Part shown: piece after piece, positions 34,342 through 56,542 of the stretch
How the letters are laid out: every line of letters starts with the position of its first letter
Position numbering within the stretch: position 1 is the first letter of the stretch
Assembly: GCA_033442325.1 (NCBI GenBank)
Contig: JAWQFM010000005.1
Span: forward strand, 1 to 64,000
Length of the DNA: 64,000 nt
From: Salpingoeca rosetta
Taxonomy: Eukaryota; Protista; Choanoflagellata
Reading direction: 5' to 3'
The notes under the pieces: generated by a model
Seen by the model: only the letters and a program-made list of their open reading frames with translations
Told to the model about the DNA's origin: nothing
The model's database searches: none
Translations under genes and position numbers: made by a program

Positions 34342-37300
34342 CCGCGGCTGACGCCTGCTGAACTGGAGATGAAACTGAGACAGCAACTGTCGCTACACGA
34401 CCTCCTCAACGACACGGTGAGCACCACATTCACAATCAAGTACACCCTCGCCAACCACATTCACCAACTCACTCACTCGCTCACTCACTCTTTCCCTTCC
34501 TGCCTTCCAGCTGCGCCACGCCACACAGGCTGAAGAGGCAAAGGCCGGAACAGAGGCAAAGCAGGAGACAGCAAGACTTGCACAGGTGCGAATAACGAAT
34601 TACCTCTTCTGCTCAGCTTTGACACAGTGCTTGTGTTGGTTTTTGCACCCGCATTCACACAAGCACAAGCACGAACACAAGCGCCTTGCACGCCACGCAA
34701 ACACACGCACACACACTCATCCCCCACCACGTCCCACACAACACACTCACTCCCTCCTCTCACCACACCCTTCCCTGCAGGCATACGCTGCGCTGCAGCA
34801 CGAGCTGGAGGCGGAGCGCGCAGAACAGCAGCGGCAGGAGCAGCATTACGCAACACAACAGCAGCGGGCGCGCGATGACGCAAGACTGCAGCAGCGCGCA
34901 GCCGTTGTGGAGCAGCAGGCCGTGCACAACGAAGCCATGGCGCAGCTGATTGCGCAGCACAAGGACGACCTTGCTCGCTTGGCGGCGGAGACGGGCCAGT
35001 CGGTTGCATCTGTCGTGTCGCAGGTGGTGGAGCGAGCGAGCGACGCCGCGACACAGGCAGCAGCCGGCCAGCGTGAAGCAACAGACGCCATTCGCACCAT
35101 GGCCACGAGCTTCCAGGCACACGTGCAAGTCTCGCACCAGGCGGAACTGCAGCGAATGCAGCAGCAGTTGGAGGCGCTGGGACGACAGCACGAGCAGCTG
35201 CGACGTGATGCCGACACGGGTCGATGGCAATCGGAACGTCGGAGGTCTTCGCGACAGCAGCGGGGACGTGGACGGCGGAGCGAGAGCGAATACAGCAGCT
35301 ACGATGATGACTTTGATGATGACCATGATGATGAGTACACGCGTGACTTTGATGATGAAGAGGGGAGTCCAAGCGTGACCCGCACACGCGAATCCGTGTC
35401 GCGCTCCCGCTCTCCTGTATCGCATCGACGCGCTGGTGCTGATCGTGATCGTGATCGTGATCGTGATGATGACGACGACGTGGACACCGGTGGTGACGAT
35501 GATGGCGTGATTCCCACGAGCATGTCGCGTGGCAGCGTGTCTGAGAACGTGGTGGAGAGCATTGTTGATGATGGCGGTGACGGCGCTGCTGGGTCTGACG
35601 TGGTGTCGGATGCAATTGGCGTTGACAGCGACATGCCGTCGGCAGCGGAAGTGGCCAGTGGCCAATTTCCATCGCACTCGCACACATCCGCAAGCGGCGC
35701 CGTTGCAGAGGACATTGCGAGCGCATCGCACGTGAGCAGTGAAATTGCAACTGAGCCGTCAGCACGCCAGCGAGCATCCTCCCACCCAAGCACAGCGTCT
35801 GCTGTGAGTGACGAAGAAGATGAGGAAGGGGGCAGATATGGCGACGATTACTCCGATGACTTTGAAGCGGAAACCAGCGAGGTACAGACATCCGAGCAAC
35901 AACAACAACAACAACAACAACAACAACGAGAGCCGGCTGTGTCGGTGCTTGATGGTCTTGATGCGCACATTGGGGCGCGCGATTCCCTGGTGGAGAGCAT
36001 GCGGCGGCGGCTGCAGCTGATACGGGAGCAGGACCGACTGTTGGAGCAGCAGTACGAGCAGCTCATGTCTGCACGCGGTTTTCGTCGTGACTACCAAGAT
36101 GCACCGCAGCAGCAGCAGCAGCCATTGCCGCCTCTGCCACGGGCGGGTGGCGGTGATGCGATGATGTACGCGCGTGTGCGAACGCTCGTCACCACGGAAA
36201 CACAGACGTCCCCATCGCCCATCGATGAACGCCGGCAGCAGCGACCACACAGGCACCAATCAGCAGCGAGAAGCGGCACTATGTCAAGCGTGGAGGAAGA
36301 GGAGGGTGTGCACGACCCTGCATTGTCACCACTATCACGCTCGCCAGCACCATCATCATCTGCTGCTGCTGCAGGATTATCCTCCGCCAGCCGTCATCGC
36401 CAGAGCGATCATCGCTATCGTCGTCACCGCTCCGCCAGTCCGTCCGCTCCCACGACGGCAGAGGACATACGCACGTCGCACTCACCACCATCAGACGGCG
36501 TTGTGACAGAGGAGGTCGTAACGGAGGACACAATGAGTGGTCGCCGTCGTGGCAGTGATGATTCTGATGATGGTGGCGTGCCGACAGATGTGAGCGCTAC
36601 AGATGCAGCGGCGGCTGTTGTGACATCAGATCGTGACGTGATGACTGAGTCGTTTGCTGATGAGGAGGATGACGCCATTGCGACGAGCTATGCGGAAACA
36701 GACCAGGTCCAGACGGAGGAAGATGAGGCCGATGGTTACAGTGACGACTTTGATGCCGTCACTTCAACCACGACGACGACGACAACAACAACACAGCGTG
36801 CACAGGTCACAACACGCGTTGTGTCCACAAGGAAGGAGGCGCCACTCCACCCTGGCCGCCGTGTCCACGACCGAACAGCAGCAGCAGCATCAACACCAAC
36901 AGCAGTCGCACGTCATGTTCGTGGTGGTGGTGATGTGGAAGATGACGAAGCAACGCACCAACGCGCGCGTGCACGTGCAACGCAGCAGCTTTTGGATGCG
37001 GGTGGTGATGAGCCCTCCTCGGAATCGTCTGTGTTTGAGCGCGCCATGCGTGTGCTTGAGGACCCAGAGCTGCACCCCGCTTTCAGGGAGGCGAGGATGA
37101 GGGAGGAGAGACTGAAGCGGCAGCGACGAACCGTGTCTGAACTGATGGAGAAGCAAGCAGCCATCATGGCCCGGCTGAAGGACCTCAAGCGGGAGGAGGA
37201 GCGACTGGCCGCGTCAGCTCGCCACGCACTGCAGGGCTCACGGCGCGTTGCTGTCGGTGCCACGGGTGCTGGGGGCGCTGGCGCTGCGCACTATCACCGT

Positions 37301-40300
37301 CGTCGCAGCGGTGAGCACCTGGAGCATGCCGTGCAACGGTCCATGGCACGATTGGTGGCAGACACGTACGAGCACGAGCGAGGCCACGTGGTGGGCACCA
37401 GGGCCGTGGAGACAGCAGAAGATGGGCAGCCAGCGCGACACACGCGGCAGCGGCGGTTTGAGGACGAAGTGTCCGACAGCGGCGGAGGAGTGGGGGAGGA
37501 GCTCAGCGGTGTTGCGACTGAACCAAGCGTGGGCGAACACGTGTCGCGTGAAGGAGAGGTGGAGGAAGAGGAGGACATTGGTGGCTACACGGATGACTTT
37601 GAAGAGGACGAGGAAGTGGAAGAGTCGGTGCCACTGGCCACTGACGCGGAGAGGACTGGAACGACAGCAGAGGCAGTTTCATCAGAAGGAGGAATCGACA
37701 CTGATGTCCAGGTTGAGTCTGATGTTGCATCCGAGATTGCAGAAGACGTTGCGGACACAGAGCAACGGCAGCAGGAGGGGGAGTCTTACACGAGCGACGT
37801 GTACGATGAAGTCGAAGGCGCCGTCGAGAGCGAAGTGTCCGACCACGTTGAGACGGCCGGTGGCGCATCTGCTGCTGAAGATGAAGTGGCGAGTGATGTT
37901 GATGCATCTCGCACGTCGCTCATCGTGAGCGCTGCCAGTCCACGACGACAGCAGCAACGAGAAACAGAACGAGAGGCACTCCCGAGCGATGAGGCTGAAT
38001 TCAGTGTCGATCGTCGCGCCGCGGAGTTCAAACACAGGAATCGCCCGCTGCCGTCAACTTCCGCTGCCGCTGGCGTGCAGTCGCTGGTGGGGGAGGACGA
38101 GGGCGAGGCGTCCATCAGCAACGGCCTGACAGAGAGCGATTCGCAGGAGCGAGAGCTACGCAACACGCTGGCTGAGCTGGAGCACGCGTACGCCGACCAG
38201 CGCCGCAAGCTGGTGCTGGAGAAGCGTGAGCGGAGAAAGATGGACCTGACTCGGCGCATCGCGCGATTGCAGTCGAAGCTCGGTCGCGTGGAGAAGGAGG
38301 CAGGCACGCTGCACGACAAGCGAGCCGTGGACGAGGAGGACGAGGCGTCATCCATCGCATACACGGGGGACTTTGAAGATGAGGATGAAGAGGGGCGATA
38401 CGAGGAGACGGACGAGGCCACGCAACTGACGCCCCCGCGCCGCCCGCGTGACCGTGTGTCTACATCAACAGCACCAGCACCAGCACCAGCAGCAAGCTCC
38501 GTCAGCCCAGCAAGGACAAGCGAACACGCTGTCACTTCGGATGTGGTGTCGATACGCGAAGAAGCGGGGGTGTCCGAGTCCATCGCGTATTCAGACGACT
38601 TTGAAGACGAAGAGGAAGAGGAGGAAGCCATCAGGGCCTCCGGTGCAACGAGCGGGCGCGATGGTGGCGCCGTGGCAGCAGCCGTGCCTTCACGACGTGC
38701 TGCTGACGAGGTGGAAAGTGCTGCTGCTTCTGACGTGGTGCCAACCGAGGAGGAGGAAGAAGATGTTGCATCTGACATTGAGGTTGAGGAGGAGAGCATG
38801 GGTGTCGTGGAAAGCGAAACCAGTATTGCTGCTGCAAGCGAAGAGACACTGGCGCTGAAGCGCGAGGAAAAGAAAGAGGCGCTACCACCAGCAGCACCAG
38901 CGGCGGTGAAAGAAGAACAACAAGTGGGGGAAGAGGCAGTGGAAGAGGAGGAGGAGGAGGAGGAGGAACCATCCGAGGCCATGTACTCGGAAGACTTTGA
39001 GGAAGAAGAAGAACCGGAAGAAGAGGAGGATGAACGTGTGCCAGTGGCGGCGGCAGCGATAGCGGCCAAAGAGGAGGAGGAGGAAGAGGAAGAGAAGTCG
39101 CACGTTGGTGACGAGCGCATGCCGCCCGCTGTTGGCGTTGCTGCTGCGCGCGTGTCTGAGAAGGAGGCGGCATCTGAGAGCGAAATTGTGACAGAGGAAG
39201 AGATTGAGGAGGAAGTGAAGACGGAGGAAGCATCAGACGTCGAACGAAGTGCTGACAAGGAGGAGGAGGCCGTGCAAGCGCCTACGGCGGAGGAAGAGGA
39301 GTACAGTGACGACTTTGACGAAGAGGAAGAAGAAGTGGAGGAGGAAGAGCAACCAGTGGGTATTGAGGAGGAGAAGGAAGAAGAAAAACAACTTCAGACG
39401 CCGTTGCGGGAGAAGGAAAAGGCAGGGGATTCCATGGCACAGGCCGGTGACGTTGTGCAGTCCATGCTAGACCAAGCGGTGGATGATGCTGTCGACTCCA
39501 TGCTCAACTTGCTCCGAGACACCACGACAACTACAGCACGGACAACAACAACGACGCCAGCGCCACTACATTTGCAACCGCACGCACGAACTCCGCATTC
39601 GCCACGCTCGCCCCACTCCCCGTCATCGTCATCGTCATCGCTCTCCTCCCCACCGCGCTCGCCCGTGAACCTGAACGTGAACGTGAGCATGCCCACATCT
39701 CCACAGTCGCCGCCGCACGACGAACCGCTCCCGCCATCGCCACCGGAGCCCGTGCACACGCGCTCGCCGGTTGTTGAGCTGCCACGCCTCATGTCCATTG
39801 CGCACAGGGCCGTAGGAAAGGGGCGGGACGACGAACCCATGCCCGAGCTCGCGTGTGATGCCGAGGAGCTGCTGTCGTCGCTGCCGCGTCGCGAGCACGG
39901 ACTGGCGGTGCTGGTGTTTGACCTCATGCATGACCTCGTCTTCCGACGCCGCCAGGGGCAGGTGAGGGTCTGCATGTTTGTGTGATTGTGTGACATGTTT
40001 GTGTGTGTGTGTGTGTGTGTGATTGTGTGTGTGTGTGATTGCATGTGTGTGGCCGTTTGTGTGATTGCGTGTGTGTGGTTGTTTGTGTGTGTGTGATTGT
40101 GTGTGTGTGGTTGTTTGTACCGATGTCGGCTTATGTTTTCAATCAACGTGCTTCGATACTGACCATTGTCTCCCAACATCGCAACACCCCGAACACCATT
40201 TCCAGGTGACGGTTGGTTATCTGCCGAAACTGTTCAGCCGGCGCCCGCCCCTAACGCGCGGGCAACTGCTGCACGCGACGGAACAGATGTTGACCAAAGC

Positions 40301-40377
40301 ACTCGCCCTGCACACGGAGCCAGACACCCACGTCTTCAGGCAGCACCTCGGCCAGATGGTGCGTGCTGCTGCCGCTG

Positions 40378-40434
<57 letters not shown>

Positions 40435-41173
40435 GTCGTTCGTTCTCTACTNNNNNNNNNNNNNNNNNNNNNNNNNNNNNNNNNNNNNNNNNNNNNNNNN
40501 NNNNNNNNNNNNNNNNNNNNNNNNNNNNNNNNNNNNNNNNNNNNNNNNNNNNNNNNNNNNNNNNNNNNNNNNNNNNNNNNNNNNNNNNNNNNNNNNNNNN
40601 NNNNNNNNNNNNNNNNNNNNNNNNNNNNNNNNNNNNNNNNNNNNNNNNNNCTCCCCGTTCGTGTCGCTGCTGACCTGTTCCTCCGACACTCCTGCCGCTG
40701 ATGACGACTGTTGCTCACAGGCCTCGCACGTGCCCAACAACCGGCGCCAGACCCGTGAGCACGCTTGACGCCGCAGCCACGCCAGCGCCATCCCCTCTCT
40801 GTGCCACCGCTGAAGAACACAGACTCAAGCATGGCCCCAACAGCCTGCAGGTCACGAATGCCTTCACGGGCAGCAGATGCCGCGGCTTGAGTCACGTGTT
40901 CGTGAGTTTGCTGTGTTGCCTCCAATCTCTGCGCACGCACTGCAAGTGTTTTGACCTGGGCCTGTTCGCAGCATGTTTGCACATGTGTGAGAGTGTGTGT
41001 ATGCGATCGGATGCGCACATAAGAGCAAAAATAGGTGTGTGTGCGTGCGTGTGTGTGTATGTATGTGTGTGTGTGTGTGTGTGTGTGCGTGTGTGCGTGT
41101 GTGCGTGTGTGCGTGTGTGCGTGTGTGCGTGTGTGCGTGTGTGTGTGTGTGTGGTGCCATGTGTGTGTGGTGC

Positions 41174-41208
<35 letters not shown>

Positions 41209-41970
41209 TTCGTCGTATGTGTATGAGAGCATTACCGTGAATACGCGGCATCGTATGCTCTCAGCAGACAGTAGACCTGGCAACAACCCAAGTGAGATGG
41301 CAAGTGTACAACCTTACAGCTGTGCTCATGAAGGGCAACAGCAACCCACAACGACAGAGTACGCAGAGCGTAAGCACACAAACACACACACATACAAACA
41401 CGCACACGCAAACACACTCACCACCACTACCACGACTGCGGACCTGATCGGGGATGTGGAGCGTCTCTGTGGAGATGAACGTGTGTTCGCATTCGCGTTG
41501 CAAGCGATCTAGGAGTTTGCGGAACTTGGCCGTGTCCTCAGCCAGCTGCTCTTCGCCATAGTCTCGCACCTGATGGTGACGCATCGAGGTTGAACGATGA
41601 TGAGTTGACAACACGCATATGCAACATGTGCGGTCACATACAAAGCACAGACGCGACCATTCATTCAACGCACACCCGCACACCCGCACACACACACACA
41701 CCCGCACACATGCACACACGCAAACACGCACACACGCACACACACACCTGCTGCTCAAACTTGTCGAGGACGGCTTGATAGTATTCGGCATCACCGCTCG
41801 CGTCAACCAGCTCTTTTGCCATCGATTGCGCATCTGCAGACCACGCACTGAAGCGCGGGTGGGACAGCTGTGGCCACGCAGGAGCACATGGAGACGTGTG
41901 GTGTGATGAATAATGTGATCGCGGAGCCAAGAGAAGTGCACTGAAAAGGGTGTCTTACAGCAGGAATGTG

Positions 41971-42040
<70 letters not shown>

Positions 42041-42391
42041 CGTTGGTTTTCTCACATTCACCTTCCTGTCTTGTCCTTGTTTCTCTTCATCAGCTTCGTG
42101 ACCGCGACATCACAGACACAATGGCGCACAGCAGAGCAGCAGTCAAATTAGAGGTGTGTGTGTGTGTGTGGGGGGGGGGTGTGTGGTGGGTGGGTGGGTG
42201 TGCGTGTGCGTGTGCGTGTGCGTGTGTGTGTGCGTGTGTCTTGTCTATCACATGCCCGTTTGCTTCGTTTACGCCGCCTGGACTCACCAAATGGCTGTTT
42301 GCATCCATCAACAGGTTGCAGAAGCCATTTTCGAGGACTTGCTCGTGGATATGACTGCCTCCCTCTCGCGTGTCCTGGCACCGTCGGAGTG
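30511..42391 (+). CDS. Very large acidic/coiled-coil protein, CEP350-like (centriole/basal body)
   Basis: [49 protein letters not shown] resembles the conserved CEP350 central motif. A 5.2-kb exon spans about 34781-39961. Terminal exons 42094-42153 and 42315-42391 give ..[26 protein letters not shown], like the CEP350 C-terminus. No CAP-Gly GKNDG motif seen. Family call is from recalled motif similarity. Confidence 0.68.
40452..40650. other. Assembly gap (199 N)
   Basis: N run. Confidence 0.99.
40651..41869 (-). CDS. Internal exons of an unidentified helical protein, antisense within a CEP350-like intron
   Basis: AG/GT-bounded exons [82 protein letters not shown] and [13 protein letters not shown] join in frame. 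The next exon has frame problems. No start or stop found. Confidence 0.55.
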
Positions 42392-42896
42392 ATGATGCAC
42401 GCACCAACGCGAATGACCCCCGTGTTTTGCGCTGCTGGCGGTGTTGTCTGGCCAGTTTGCACTCGAGCTTGCCCTTGCCTGTACATAACAACGACAACCC
42501 GCCACCCACTTTCCTCTCAATGTCCATATTGTGTGGTGGCGCTGCTGTCAAGCTTCACATCTTTGTCCATACGTTTATGCCGCTCATTTGATGCACCTAC
42601 ACTTGTTGCACTCGCTTTCGTGTTTCATTCACGCTTGGTATTGTCTGTGGGCTGGTTTGAACTGTTCATTCATCACTTTGCACATGTGTACAGCTAGTCG
42701 TGTTACCCTACCAAATACAAGGAAAGGAGTCATTCCATTGAATCAACGAGAATGAAGCTGAAGCAAAGTTGATTACCGGCGACCCAACAGGAGCCTTGAC
42801 AGCGCACAAACACACGACCGTGTACCGTCATCACCACCAGCAGCAGAGCAGCATCTCCCCCCCCCCCTCTCCTCCACGCACACACACACACTCCTC

Positions 42897-46364
<3,468 letters not shown>

Positions 46365-46645
46365 GAGTGCGTCTGTGGAATGTTGTGATAGTTGAGTGCG
46401 TGCGTCTGTGGAATGTGTAGTATGTGTGTGTGTTTTTGGCGCCTTCGGGGTTTTACAGAACGATGACGATGATGATTTGATGACGATGATGATGATGGTG
46501 ATGGTATCATGTCAAGTGATTCGAGCAAGCTTCTTTCTCTTTGTGGTGCAACGAACGCGTGGCATGACAGCAGCAAGCAAGCAAGCTAACGGGTGTGACA
46601 GACAGACAGACAGACACACACACACGCGCATGCATCAGCAGTTGT

Positions 46646-48544
<1,899 letters not shown>

Positions 48545-48602
48545 TGTCACCAGCACTGTTGCTTCTCCGTTCGTCGTCGTTAATCCAAACAAACAGACAA
48601 CA

Positions 48603-50695
<2,093 letters not shown>

Positions 50696-50955
50696 CCACT
50701 CTGTGCATGTGTGCATGCGTGTGTGCTTGGGTTGACGTGTGTGCGTGTGTGTGCATGTGTGCATGTGTGTGTGTGTGCATGGGTGCATGCGTGTGTGCTT
50801 GGGTTGACGTGACACTGATGCGTGTTCTTGTGTCGTGCGTGGTGTGTTCGCTCCAAGCAAGCAAGCAAAAGCAATCAAAAGGAAAGCAACAACGCAAAGC
50901 ACGCCATTGGTCGTTCGCCACTGACAAAAAAACGGAGGATGCAAAGAGAAGAAGG

Positions 50956-51643
50956 ATGGGCTGGAAGACGTACGTCCCATCTGTGTGTGTGTTTGAGGGA
51001 CAGGAGAGATCAAAGTGCCTTCCCCAGGCTGCCTGACCCCACCACCAACCGTAACCCCCCCCACTCCCGCTCACGATACATCTTGTTGCCTGCATGCATG
51101 TATGCATGCGCCTTTGTTCTTTCCTCTGTTGCTGTGTCCGCTGGCGCAGGTTGATCGCGCTGACGCTGGGGCTGGCGGTGGTGTTTGTGACCGCCGGGCA
51201 GATGTTCCTGGCGCAGCAGCACCACCGCAAGCACCAGCACCAGCACCTGGCCTTGCCACACTCGCTGCTGACGGCAGCGGGCAGGAGCCGTGGCGCTGAG
51301 GACGGCGCAAGTGGAGCCAACCGCGTGCATGCACGCAACGGTCGCCCTCACCAGCCACGATATCCGTTGTTCCGGCATCAAAGACACCCGGACCACTCCA
51401 ACCACCCGCTCCCAACCAACATGCAGAGGCCAAAGAAGATCACTCGCGGCCCTTCATCGCATCACGACGTCACCAGGCCGTGGTTGACCATCTTCACCAT
51501 CCTCCCCGACCTCTCACCACTCTCATCATCGCAATTCTCTTCACCGACAGGTCAGCATGCATGGTGTATGTGTGTGCATGCGTGCGTGCGTGTTTGTGTT
51601 TGCGCGTGTGCGTTTGGGCATGCGTGTGTGCATGCGTGCGTGC

Positions 51644-51677
<34 letters not shown>

Positions 51678-52846
51678 TTGTGTGCGTGTATATGTGCGCG
51701 TGTGTGTGTTTGTGTGCGTGTATATGTGCGTGTGTGTGTGTGTGTTTGTGTGTGTATGTGTGCGCATGTGTATACGTGCGTTGTCTTCTCCTTCTTCTCA
51801 GTGTCATGTCTCTGCGCATCTCTCTCTCTCTCTCTCTCGAAGACTCAGCCCTGCACTTCTTCCTCTTCCTGCTCATCCTCCCCTTCTTCTTCCATCTTCT
51901 CCTCATGTGATGCAGCACTGCGGCATCTGCAATCGCAATCCAAGCGAACGCTCCTCGCCCTGCTCAGCTGGGCGGTTCTTGGCGTGAGTGACATGCTTCC
52001 ATGTTTGCACTCCTGTACCGTATCTGCCTCTGAACGTTGAGAGCGGTTGTGCAGGCCTGCCCGCCCGCCGTGTGTTCGCCTCTACCCACCACTCACGCAT
52101 GCTGGCTCTGCTGTCCTTTGACCTGCTGCTTTGAATTGCCGTGTGGGTGCAGGTGGAGATTATTGCCTTTGCCAACGAGGACACGTGCCAGGTCGTGCAC
52201 ATTGCCTTCCAGCAGCGCACGTACTACGGCATGTTCACCTGCCGCCCCATCCTCTGCCGTGAAGTGAGCAGTTGACGCGTGTTGTGTGTGTGTGTGTGCA
52301 TGTGTGTGCATGTGTTGTGTGTGTGAATGTGTGTGCGTGTGTGTTATGTGTGTGCATGTGTGTGTGCGTGTGTGTTATGTGCATGCTATGATGTGCCCTG
52401 CATGTGTACGTTGTGTGTGTGTATCCTTGTGTATGCGCGGTTGGCCTTACTCTCACTACATTCGTTCCTGCACGTTGGCACTGTACTCACACCAACACGA
52501 TCCAGTCCCGCCTCTGCTCACCCACATGCACACTGTACGCTTTGCAACAGCGTGGCGTGCCAACGCTCGACTGCCCCTTCCGTGATGTCAAAAAGGTACC
52601 TACACACTATCGCGCACGTGCGCATATCTACACATATAGTCATTGACTCACACATTCACATGCGCTCATGCGCTCATGCTCTTCATGCCCGTATTCGCTT
52701 GCATGCACGCAATCATGTCGCAGAGGGCAAAGGCGAACACCATCATGTATTCAAACTCGGACGTCGTTTACTTTCCAAACCTCGCCAGCACCGTTCATCA
52801 GGTTTGTGTCTCCATGCAACCTCAAGCATGCCCACATATCCCGACT

Positions 52847-52906
<60 letters not shown>

Positions 52907-53294
52907 GCCTCTGGCGTCTCACCTTTGCTCTGCATCCACTGTCAACCTCTAGATTGCGGGTGCTTTTGGTGATGCCTTCTTTGCCGTTGGCAAACGAATC
53001 GATCTAACCCTTCAGGTACACAAGATCTTCCAATGCCACGTACATGTCGTGCTTGCTTGCCTGCTTCACTGTGCTCACCCCACCATCACCAACTCACCCC
53101 TTCCTTCTGATGCTGCGTGCAGGCTACATCTAGTTTTGAAGACCACTTTGTTGCAGAGGCAGCCACCTGTATTGAAAAGAACAAAGAGTACGTTTGCGCG
53201 TGGCTATTTTGCTTGCTTGCAAGCACGCACAGCACGCCCCCGTTTGCAGGCGCTTGCTGAAGAGCTTGCATGGCGACACCTGTTGACTCTGCTT

Positions 53295-53325
<31 letters not shown>

Positions 53326-53357
53326 GCACACACACACACACACACACACGCACACAC

Positions 53358-53401
<44 letters not shown>

Positions 53402-54396
53402 GCGCGCGCACATACATGCGTCTACGCAGGTGTGTGCATTTGTTGCAGGCGTGGCAGACCACGTTGCCTGGGGCCCTCAACCACGACAGAAATGGCATCG
53501 ACTTTATGCTGTTCCCTCGCGACCTGCGCTTCACGGTCAGCTAAGATGATGATGGTGGTGCTGGTGGTGGCGGTGGTGCTGGTGATGATGATGATGGTGG
53601 TGATGGACGAAACAAATGATGGTTGTCATCGTCCTTGCTTTGACATACACACGCACACGCACGCACACCCAATCGTCTGTGCTGTGCATTTCCTCACCCA
53701 CATTTGTGCCCTGCGTCACATCGTTTGCTGTTGCGTTTGTCAGGTGCCCAAGTTCATGGTTGGCCGCATACAGTGGGACCAGTGGCTGCTGCTCAAGATG
53801 ATTGTGGACCCGCAAGTCACCACCGTCGAGGTGTCACACGTCACGCTGGGGCTGCACATGCACCACGGCACATACAAGGCCAGCCACGCAAAGGCCGGCA
53901 CAGACCACAACGTGGAGCTTGCACAACGTCTACCGCACCAGCGCGTGCACGCAAACGACCACGTGCAGATGAGGGGCACGGTGTGGCTCGGGCGGCTGGA
54001 CGAGGTGGATGTCGTGGCGTTTGCACCCGACACATGGGAGAGGTGGCAGTGTGATGCGGGCATGAAGGGTGATATTGAAGGCACACGCACGCGCGCCTTG
54101 CCTGATGGTGCCAACAGCACAGCTGCGAATGACGAAGAGCAGGCAGCGGTCCAGCGGTCCGCAAAGCTTGCAATTGAGGACATTAATCAGCACCCAAACT
54201 TGCTTCGGCTGCCATCATGGTACTTTGAAGGCGAGGTATGAGGACGCATGTGCGTTGTCACCTTGTGTTTCCGTGGATTATCAATGCTTGCCGCTCTCTC
54301 TTGCACCTTTGCTTGCTATCCCGTGTGCTCGCTCCATCCCTCACTTTTCTCTCTTCACGGGCTATACACACACACATACACACACACACACGAATT

Positions 54397-54451
<55 letters not shown>

Positions 54452-56443
54452 TACACGCATACATACATACAAGGTGAGCAAGGCGAGTGGTCTCAGGGAA
54501 GATTACATGACGACGACAGCAGAAACGGAAGAGGCGCAGCAGCTTCGCTTTGTTCCCAACAAGCAGTCACTTGATTTGTTACTGTTCAAAGCACACAGCA
54601 TCCTCCACAGCCAGCGGTTTGTGCTGATATATCCAATCGAGGACCTTGCCGAGGTAAAGGGGAACATGACACGCACACGAACGAGACATGTGTGCCTGTT
54701 TGCTTGCAGGCAACTGATTATCTGGTGCACAAGAACCTGCGGAAAGCTCGAGTTTCTTCTTGCACGTATTGAACCGCCTGGCATTTGTTCCCGCCTTGAT
54801 GTCGTGCTCTACGATTCAGGTCCCAGCGTCGCTGGTGACGGCGTGTCACGCGGACGCCTTCAACCACGACGTGTTGTTTGTGACGCGTGATCCCTCCGTA
54901 TGGCACTGGCTCACCACCCTCCGTCTCCACGTCTGGCACGAACCGTACGTCACTTTATTTATGCTTGTGTATGTATGTGTGTGCGCTCGCACGTGCGTGT
55001 GATTGTGTGCGTGCGTGTGTGTGTGTGTGTGTGAGTGTGTGTGAGTGAGTGTGCGTGCGTGTGTACGTGTGCGTGTCTTAGCGTGTTGTCATCATCTGCA
55101 TCTTCTTGCTTCTTCTTGTGCTCTGCTTGCTTACAGACCTTCCACGTCCCAAACGGACACGCTAACTGCCGTGGTGAGTTCAGCACAACACAACGAGCCT
55201 CACTCCATCTTACCACTGTCCGTCTCCCTGTGTGTTGGTGCCGCTGTGACTTCTCACCCCCACAGCTTTTCGTCACACCTTCCATTCACTGTTTTTCCCC
55301 CTCCCTCAGTCCTTTCCACCACACCTCATCGTCGATTCCGCCCCAGCCACATTCCTACATTCACCCCCTCCTCCCACTAACCACCCTTGCATCCACACGC
55401 CATCGCGTGCATTCATTCCCCCGTCAGACGGCGGTGGTGCTGCAAGCTGTGCAGCTTGGCTACAGCGTTGGTGTTGGTCGCTCACACCACCTCATCAACA
55501 CGACACAAAACGCCATCTTCGACAGCCCAGATGCCGACGTGCTCATCGTGCAAAGTGCGTCGTGCGTGGGGGTTGTCATGGTGATGCGAGCGCATGTGCA
55601 TGCGCATGTATTTGCATGCGTACGTATGTGTATGTGCATGTATGTGTGTGTATATGCACGTGTGCATTTGCGACCATACCCTGCCTGTCCTCCTGTCTGA
55701 CTGCCCCACTTGTCCTTTCCTCTCGGCTGCTCACACCGCCATCAACACGCTGTTCTCAGATGATGCCCAACAGCCCGTCTTCCTCTTCACGAAGTGTGTT
55801 GCTGTTCTTGTCTTCAAATGCAATGCAATGCGCTGACACACAAAACCCAGCTTTCACACACGAGTGCCGCAAGACTCATGCCAGCTCACCGCACGTGCGT
55901 ACACCGCAACCCCTCCTTCCCTCGTCCTCCCATCCCATCCCGTTCTGTGCATTCTCCATTGCTATTTGATTGTCCAATCCCAGATCACGCCCACGGCTGC
56001 ACACGCTGTGGCTGCGGCTGCACGGCACGCTGAAGAGCGAGGGGCGAGCACGCGCGAAGGTGACCACGGGCACTCCGAATGTACTGACGGCCATCACCAA
56101 CGCCCTGTTCACAACGGCGCACCTCCTCGGTGCAGATCCGCCCGATGTCAGGTGTGTGTGTGTGTGCAGAAGAGGACGCTCTTGGGGTTTCGTTTGATGT
56201 GCGGACGTGCTGTTGTGTGGTCGTTTTGGACAGCTGCCGCGATTGCTGTTCTGGCGGCCACTGACGCCGTGTGCTATGCCATACCGCTGGGCCGCTGGGT
56301 TGTTGCCTTGCTTCTTCGTACGTTTCTTTCAGGTCAACACATGCCGTGGTGGAATCTCCACAAGATGGGTGCGGGCTGTCAGCGTTGTTGCGTTCCGCCA
56401 AGTTTCAGCACATTGCCGATGTGCTTTACGCCTCATCCGCAGG

Positions 56444-56542
<99 letters not shown>

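Noticed and set aside
50712-50812. 28-bp direct repeat downstream of namZ as an insertion scar
   Set aside because: Both copies lie on one side of the gene within GT-rich sequence; a local duplication.
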